From the NCBI GenBank assembly GCA_043754375.1, contig JAYUVA010000164.1:1945-65944 (forward strand): a stretch of 64,000 nucleotides of DNA, read 5' to 3'. A program made the translations under genes and the position numbers. The notes beneath the pieces are model-generated. The model was not told the DNA's origin and searched no databases. It was given only the letters and a program-made list of their open reading frames with translations. The DNA is from Candidatus Kuenenia sp. Its GTDB lineage: Bacteria > Planctomycetota > Planctomycetia > Planctomycetales > Planctomycetaceae. This document shows positions 59,701-64,000 of the stretch, piece by piece. The stretch's first letter is position 1; each line of letters starts with the position of its first letter.

Positions 59701-61427
59701 TGTCGCATCACGATCCGGACGAATGGGAAAGCATCCGCTGGAAAGCTGAACAGTCGAAATCCGAATGGTATCGCACAATTACCAAAGTCGGACAGACTCA
59801 ATTTCATCTCCTTTCTGCACTTCCTGACTTGCGAAAGTCGGAGACTGCAAAGGGGCTTGAAGGTGTATTGCAACGTAAGTTCGCTGGCCAATCTCAGTAT
59901 TTGTGGCCACAAGAACGCGGTGTCAAAGTGGGCTGCCTTGGGTCATCGATTCCCCGAGACCGCCTTTCGAAAATTAGTGACAAGGCCTGGCTAAAGATTA
60001 TTACGCACGACCCGCCAAAAAGGCGGGCCTTTGCTCGCGAATGGCCGGACGGCGGCTTCAGAGAGTCCAGTGCTGAAATGTTTGCTCGCGATCTCGAAAC
60101 CGTCACTCACCGCGATCCGTGTCGCTTTGCTCGATTAGCGATGCAAATCCCCCCGACTGCCAATCCAGTATTCCTGAGGCACATCTTCTCAGGGATACAA
60201 CACAACTCTCCGCCGAACGACATGTCAGAGGACGAGAAGAAAGCATGGAATCCTGCCACTGCAGAACAGGTTGAGAATGTCATCCGACACTCAGGCGGGG
60301 ATTCGATAAGAGCATCTCATGCAATCACATACTGTCGCCTGATCTCGCTGAGAGCAAATGCGAACTGGTCTATAGAAGCAGCCCAGCATGTCGTCGATAT
60401 TGCGACCACTCACCCTCAGCCAAGAGTTGGAGAATCAATTGTCTCGACGGGTAAGAGAGACTCTGTGGAGATGCTTGAGGCAGATGCAATCAATGTAGCC
60501 CGAGGTGTCGCAGCCGATACTGTGAAGCGGCTACTGTGGAGTCAACCGGACCGGTTGAATTCTCTTGAATCAGCAATTGATTGCCTCGTCACGGATTTCC
60601 ATCCCGCCGTCCGTGTTGCTGCCACTGGAGTCTGCCTTGCAGTTTTGAATATTGATAAAGACAAAGCCGTGTCGTGGTATTTAAATGCTTGCACTCAAAA
60701 TGATGATCGCGTGCTGGCCTGCCGCGAATCGAGGCGATTCCTTGCCTATGCTGCCTGGACGCACTTGACAAGTGTCACCCCCATCTTGAGAAGGATGGTT
60801 AAGTCGGAGTTACCTGAAGTACAGAAGTGGGGAGCAGTACACGCGACCGCCATTCGGTTTATTCACAATTGCCTACACGATGAGTTTGAACAGTGCCTTT
60901 CTGGAACAAACTCCCAACGTACCGGTGTTTCCTGCGCTGTTTGTGATTTAATCGGCAATGAAGAAATGGTCGAGCGCTGTATCCCAGTTTTCATTCGTCT
61001 TTGTTCGGACGCCTGTCCGGACGTGCGCCGCGAATGTAATCGGATGTTTCATATGCATGATTTGCCGGAAACAGCGGATGGGAACGCATTCTTAAAATCA
61101 TATGTCTCAACCAAAGCATTCCACGACGACCCGACACCGCTGCTTCACGCATTGGAGCATCATACTGGACCATTCCTGCCATTGGGCGAAGTCGTACTTG
61201 CCGTCTGTGACCGTTTCGCTGGCCCACTTGCTGATTCGTCACGTGACATGTCAACGTCGGTCGCTGGCGATGCAATGCACGTGGCTCCGTTGTTGCTGCG
61301 CCTCTACGAACAAGCCCAGGGATCCGGGCGGGACGACGTGCAGGACAGATGCCTTGACGCATGGGACCGACTACTTGAGAGTCGCGTGGGAGATGTGGCA
61401 AAAATGATGGAGACTATCGGTCAGTGA
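56772..61427 (+). CDS. Nuclease-STAND NTPase-long C-terminal region protein (Avs/bacterial NLR-like, about 1551 aa)
   Basis: N-terminal PD-(D/E)xK-like block GVDVWIETDDGIREAQQCK (56916-56966), preceded by GNRFELRWVVKQYL (Cap4/DUF4297-like). Walker A GRAGAGKSGT (57645-57674) and Walker B VLILDQLDAL. About 1000 aa of leucine-rich C-terminus that looks alpha-helical and repeat-like. Confidence 0.78.
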   Translation: MAFERGGYADKLGNRFELRWVVKQYLHVLSGELVSVYHEPVGTDEEGVDVWIETDDGIREAQQCKGELAAKAAWSMADMNGKGILSRLKNQLERVAAHRFSLISATPAPMLRDLSRCARDSTGDPVSFYRDQIEKRSQDHREAFADFCKYLQLDPSNPAELAAAFDLLSRSDFHQFSDDHETRRDMRTFANLLVDGEAENVLATLAEFANENFRKTIHADELFNHLQSRGFRTKDLTRDDRLFPSIDELHRQFDASMRRYLAGSRLIPREETKMLLRWLDNPESDRLCLLHGRAGAGKSGTLLELVEELVRRGIPYLPLRLDRQTPQGNLRLYGDSLGLPESPVACLRALAGGRPAVLILDQLDALRWTSSHDASALSICEELVRQAMATRNVRVLVTSRSFDIEHDPQLKAWRKSQRMTSVVVSQLSEPVVQEFVIACGQDFARMTARERGLLRSIQNLTMWSEIIIKSDLPRFGTAIELTKQFWQSRRKELEERGVPGPDVQGVLDTLSGFMDRHGQLFAPERLIEKWPRASSAFQSLNVILIEAGRVSFCHQAYFDYLVAVTLLSTIDSGSGSVLTWLGERTRQSLFRREQLRLVLAFMRDETPSRFLKTLNDLVADDRVRFHLKHLALQVLGQINEPCSAEIDFAISLLSDVKWRPHILWQLVHADRTWFISLNERGLWREWLSSPNDDLVNAALWAIHFANSTCGDQVAGLLKPYVNVTDEWSRRCLEYLPHDPAVESDELFNIRLELARHGHCHEWFNWAACASRRPRGFLELLVVHIEIARKRLWSDSLDEKRSTKFLESMRRSREEKCDDILAVGVNDSEAVWEVLFPVIEQFALTIRQLKLKSRKERLRNSGTSNYRRFPSFPSVLITLLVTAGRALFKKGPDDFFRRLERMEHKGSRIIDRIILLSFLHGPATHADPVLFWLMKSKSRFRLGTRRSRSQWEPARRLILQFAGSCSDDVCKQLEDLILSHHDPDEWESIRWKAEQSKSEWYRTITKVGQTQFHLLSALPDLRKSETAKGLEGVLQRKFAGQSQYLWPQERGVKVGCLGSSIPRDRLSKISDKAWLKIITHDPPKRRAFAREWPDGGFRESSAEMFARDLETVTHRDPCRFARLAMQIPPTANPVFLRHIFSGIQHNSPPNDMSEDEKKAWNPATAEQVENVIRHSGGDSIRASHAITYCRLISLRANANWSIEAAQHVVDIATTHPQPRVGESIVSTGKRDSVEMLEADAINVARGVAADTVKRLLWSQPDRLNSLESAIDCLVTDFHPAVRVAATGVCLAVLNIDKDKAVSWYLNACTQNDDRVLACRESRRFLAYAAWTHLTSVTPILRRMVKSELPEVQKWGAVHATAIRFIHNCLHDEFEQCLSGTNSQRTGVSCAVCDLIGNEEMVERCIPVFIRLCSDACPDVRRECNRMFHMHDLPETADGNAFLKSYVSTKAFHDDPTPLLHALEHHTGPFLPLGEVVLAVCDRFAGPLADSSRDMSTSVAGDAMHVAPLLLRLYEQAQGSGRDDVQDRCLDAWDRLLESRVGDVAKMMETIGQ

Positions 61428-61567
61428 GACTTGCCATCGACTGTTGGAAAATGAAGTGTGACGGGCATATCCCAGTGCAATCCATTTTCAGCACGTAGGT
61501 GTCGATCAGAATCCTTTGGAATGTTCAACGACGGAATTCCGGCCGGATTTGACTCCGATACAGCAAT

Positions 61568-61600
61568 GAGCCTGAAGAATTACGAAGATTCTTCAGGCTC
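61568..61600. terminator. 13-bp perfect hairpin between convergent genes (no clear U-tract)
   Basis: gagcctgaagaat (61568-61580), loop tacgaag, attcttcaggctc (61588-61600). Confidence 0.4.
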
Positions 61601-61634
61601 AGGCTAAGTCGTTTTGGCAGCCGTCCGGGGACGT

Positions 61635-61754
61635 TCAGTCCTGCTTCGCGGCATCCTTAGTTACGACGTTCTTGGGCTGCTGGCCGGTGCGGCCTTTCGG
61701 TGGTTTGGTGGCTGGAATGTGTTTGACTGGGGTTTTGTGGCCGCCGTTGGTCAT
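61635..61754 (-). CDS. Possible 39-aa Lys/Pro-rich basic peptide (not in the ORF track)
   Basis: Hand translation gives MTNGGHKTPVKHIPATKPPKGRTGQQPKNVVTKDAAKQD. AGGAG lies 9 nt upstream of the ATG. It is divergent from the XRE gene. Confidence 0.3.
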   Translation of the reverse strand: MTNGGHKTPVKHIPATKPPKGRTGQQPKNVVTKDAAKQD

Positions 61755-61882
61755 GGGAGGGGACTCCTGAAACGAAGGTGAACTCAGAATGTTCCATCGT
61801 CCGGCGGACGTCGCTCGGATAATCTACTTTGGAATATTCTGATTTGGAATCTACCATCCGTTTCGAAAGGATCAAGATCAAA

Positions 61883-62173
61883 ATGGAAAAATCTGTTTAC
61901 ACGGACGATTATTCAATTGTCGTGGCGTTGCTGCGGGAGACTCGGACGGCGGCCGGGGTGACTCAGGTGCAGCTGGCGAAGATGCTGGGGCAGAGTCAGT
62001 CGTTTGTCAGCAAATACGAAAACGGCGACAGTCGGCTGGATATCCTGCAACTCCGAACGGTGTGCGAGACTCTCGGATTGTCACTCGCGGATTTTGTGGC
62101 TCGGCTGGAGGAGCGGCTGAAGCCTGCGGGGGCTCAGAAGTCGCGGGCCAGGAGTTCTTCGACTCGCCGATAG
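61883..62173 (+). CDS. XRE-family HTH transcriptional regulator
   Basis: VTQVQLAKMLGQSQSFVSKYENGDSRLDILQL is a classic XRE HTH. The ATG is at 61883. The track ORF starts at TTG 61829. Confidence 0.75.
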   Translation: MEKSVYTDDYSIVVALLRETRTAAGVTQVQLAKMLGQSQSFVSKYENGDSRLDILQLRTVCETLGLSLADFVARLEERLKPAGAQKSRARSSSTRR

Positions 62174-62871
62174 TATTTTTGCAACGTATCACGCGAACCC
62201 AGATACAGCAGGGCGTCGATCGCCAGCAACAGGAAGAGCTCACGGACACGAAAGCCTCGATCCAGCCAGCGGAGCAGGGCGGAGATGCTGACGGCCAGCA
62301 GGCTGTTGGCATGAAACTGGTAGTAGCGATAATGAATTTCAATCAGCCGGTCGTAGGCGGTGACTCGGTCTTTGAGTTTGCGAAAATCCCATCGCGGTGG
62401 CCGAACACCTGTCCGGTGATGCAGCGTGTCAATCAGCAACCACCGAAGAGTGCTGACGAGCTGTCCGACTCCGACCGATGCCATCGTGATGTACAGAAAC
62501 CCGCCGACCGACGGGACATCGGTCGCTGCATGTCCCAGCCAGCCAGTGATCATGGCAGAATGCGGCTGCAGTCCCCACAACAGGATAAACCCCGGCAGGA
62601 CAAAGGCGATCAGCAGGCCGAAGTTCTGGGTGGTGACGTCGTTCACGGGAACGAAGCTACGGCAAACGGAATCCCTGCGCAAGGCACTAATCCACCCGCT
62701 GTCGCCGAATGCGGTACTCCTAAAACGCTGTTTGCTTAGCGTTGCGAATTGTGGCAAGCTCGGGATGTTCAACTTTATTGACAGGAGGTAGTTATGTCCG
62801 AGCAAGCAACAGAAACCGAAACGAAAAACCGACGAAAAGACACTGACAGTGAGACCACGGACCCAGTTCAT
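62134..62871 (-). CDS. Integral membrane protein, unknown function (5' end uncertain)
   Basis: Hydrophobic segments include NFGLLIAFVLPGFILLWGL, VGGFLYITMASVGVGQLV and ELFLLLAIDALLYLG. The longest ORF overlaps the divergent gene at 62794, so the real start is probably downstream of 62871. Confidence 0.5.
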   Translation of the reverse strand: MNWVRGLTVSVFSSVFRFGFCCLLGHNYLLSIKLNIPSLPQFATLSKQRFRSTAFGDSGWISALRRDSVCRSFVPVNDVTTQNFGLLIAFVLPGFILLWGLQPHSAMITGWLGHAATDVPSVGGFLYITMASVGVGQLVSTLRWLLIDTLHHRTGVRPPRWDFRKLKDRVTAYDRLIEIHYRYYQFHANSLLAVSISALLRWLDRGFRVRELFLLLAIDALLYLGSRDTLQKYYRRVEELLARDF

Positions 62872-63117
62872 GTGGTTCGCAAGGGAGCGATTGCCGCGTC
62901 TATTTGGCGCAGGCAGTCTCCCAGCGGGTTCGCCTACTTTGATTTTTCAGTGAGCCGGTCCTGGAAGTCGATGAGTTCCGAAAAGATGGGCTACAGCCGC
63001 AACTTCTTTGAAACGAATCTGGAGGATCTTGTCGAGGTCATCACGAGGGCGTCAGACTGGATTATCGAGAAAAAGGCTCTCGAACCGCCCGGCAGACCGG
63101 AGCGCCTTGCAGCGTAA
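62794..63117 (+). CDS. Small protein (107 aa), paralogue of 22605-22904
   Basis: A strong AGGAGG Shine-Dalgarno is present. PVHVVRKGAIAASIW...DWI aligns by eye with PVHEIRLGKVKAAIW...TWI. Confidence 0.6.
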   Translation: MSEQATETETKNRRKDTDSETTDPVHVVRKGAIAASIWRRQSPSGFAYFDFSVSRSWKSMSSEKMGYSRNFFETNLEDLVEVITRASDWIIEKKALEPPGRPERLAA

Positions 63118-63131
63118 TACACTCGCCCGCG

Positions 63132-63154
63132 GCCCGCCTTGTGCGGGCTTTTTT
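63132..63154 (+). terminator. Rho-independent terminator
   Basis: gcccgc (63132-63137), loop cttgt, gcgggc (63143-63148), then T6 (63149-63154). It lies 15 nt after the stop of the 62794-63117 gene. Confidence 0.7.
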
Positions 63155-63248
63155 GTGTCCCGCGAAATGGAGGCTGGAGCCTCCGGGGCAGTGCGTCCCA
63201 TGGCTGGAGCCAAGGGACGAGGACAGAAACGGAGCGACCGGTCTACGG

Positions 63249-63938
63249 TTACGCGGCCAGTCTTTCAGGCGGCCGTTCAAACGGCTTCACGATATTCCTG
63301 CGATACCGGATGCAGTCGGTTGGAAGTTTCTCATACCCCATCGATGCCCGTTTGGCGTTTACCAGCCGCAGCACTTGCAGCAACTGCTTTCGGATGGGAG
63401 CGTAAGGTTCGAACGGCTGGTTCCAGAATTCCCAGCGGAGTTTCTCGGCACTTCGGTGAGTCGCCAGGTCCAGTAAGTGGGCTGAGAGATTCCGGAGGGA
63501 CTCTCGACCGATGGTCACTCGAACTCGGTAACGTCCATCTGGGGTTGCTTCGGAGTCTTCATCCATCTTCCGGACAAATCCGCCACGCTTGACGCTTATG
63601 GAGTATCCCTGAAACTGGATCGGGTACTTGCGGATATCCCTCAGGCTGGCCGCCTCAGCGGCGAAGAACGGGTGCTGGCCATGAGTCGCGAGGATTACAA
63701 AGAACCGCTCAAATCGAACGTAATGCAGGTTAGCGAGCCCCTGCTGTTTCCGCCGTGCTCGCTGCTGCCGAGACAGCTCAATTCCGTACCGGTCCAGAAT
63801 CTTCCGGTCAATGGCCTGTGGGTCTTTACCGGCAGGGACCCGGCCAGTCACATAGAACCAGTATCCATGAGGCAGGTAGTTGCTGGCGACAATCTGCACG
63901 AATCCTGCAACACTGGTGGCCTCGCAACGGTACGTCAT
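63249..63938 (-). CDS. Hypothetical protein (229 aa)
   Basis: ATG-initiated ORF with a basic, protein-like composition. No motif recognised. Confidence 0.55.
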   Translation of the reverse strand: MTYRCEATSVAGFVQIVASNYLPHGYWFYVTGRVPAGKDPQAIDRKILDRYGIELSRQQRARRKQQGLANLHYVRFERFFVILATHGQHPFFAAEAASLRDIRKYPIQFQGYSISVKRGGFVRKMDEDSEATPDGRYRVRVTIGRESLRNLSAHLLDLATHRSAEKLRWEFWNQPFEPYAPIRKQLLQVLRLVNAKRASMGYEKLPTDCIRYRRNIVKPFERPPERLAA

Positions 63939-63958
63939 ACATCTCCAGTTTGGGCTCA

Positions 63959-64000
63959 GAAAAGGGGTCAGGAACCAATAGTGCGCAGCACCCTTCGGGC
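63959..64000. repeat. Second copy of the REP-like palindromic element (truncated by window end)
   Basis: gaaaaggggtcaggaaccaatag followed by tgcgcagcacccttcgggc. This matches the reverse complement of the 22346-22421 element, with 3 mismatches in the 19 visible loop nucleotides. Confidence 0.8.

Noticed and set aside
62062-62739. 225-aa plus-strand ORF
   Set aside because: It is antisense to a minus-strand ORF with several clear transmembrane segments. Its translation is Gln/Asp/Gly-rich without structure.
1-64000. Scan for CRISPR arrays, tRNA/rRNA genes and tRNA-type att sites
   Set aside because: No regularly spaced direct repeats, no T-loop-like GGTTCGAATCC-type strings near island borders, and no rRNA-like segments were noticed by eye. 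A proper tRNAscan/Infernal run is still needed.

Overview
The window has three parts. No rRNA, tRNA or CRISPR array was seen.

(A) nt 1-17.5k is G+C-rich. Hand counts of sampled 60-nt lines gave 55-75% G+C. Two tandem giant ORFs of 2916 aa and 2811 aa fill almost all of it. I cannot place either in a known family. The second has two clusters of WD40-like beta-propeller blade motifs.

(B) nt 17.5-22.4k is a lower-G+C junction. It holds a small secreted protein, a hypothetical protein, a divergent SLT/lysozyme-like protein, a multiply frameshifted IS256-family transposase pseudogene, a strong hairpin and a 25-bp-arm palindromic REP-like element.

(C) nt 22.4-64k looks like a mobile island.
- It opens with an anti-restriction module resembling a conjugative leading region. 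This contains an ArdC-like protein, three small ORFs and a RadC-like JAB protein. A duplicated, highly structured non-coding element precedes both ardC and radC.
- A dense defence island follows.
  - First is a translationally coupled cassette of unknown protein + two-HKD PLD nuclease + SNF2-like helicase. It is possibly Azaca-like.
  - Two HTH regulators come next.
  - A complete type-6-like BREX locus follows (brxE-brxA-brxB-brxC-pglX-pglZ-brxD-brxHI).
  - Two extra genes are wired into that locus between pglX and pglZ. One is a PHP + Rad50/SMC-like ATPase and the other an AlbA_2/Schlafen-type protein.
  - A 1552-aa protein with nuclease + STAND NTPase + long C-terminal region sits next to BREX (Avs/NLR-like).
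- The island ends with an XRE regulator, a membrane protein, a paralogue of the first island gene, an unknown 229-aa protein and a second copy of the palindromic element at the window edge.

All family calls come from motifs read by eye in the supplied translations. None has been confirmed by a search.
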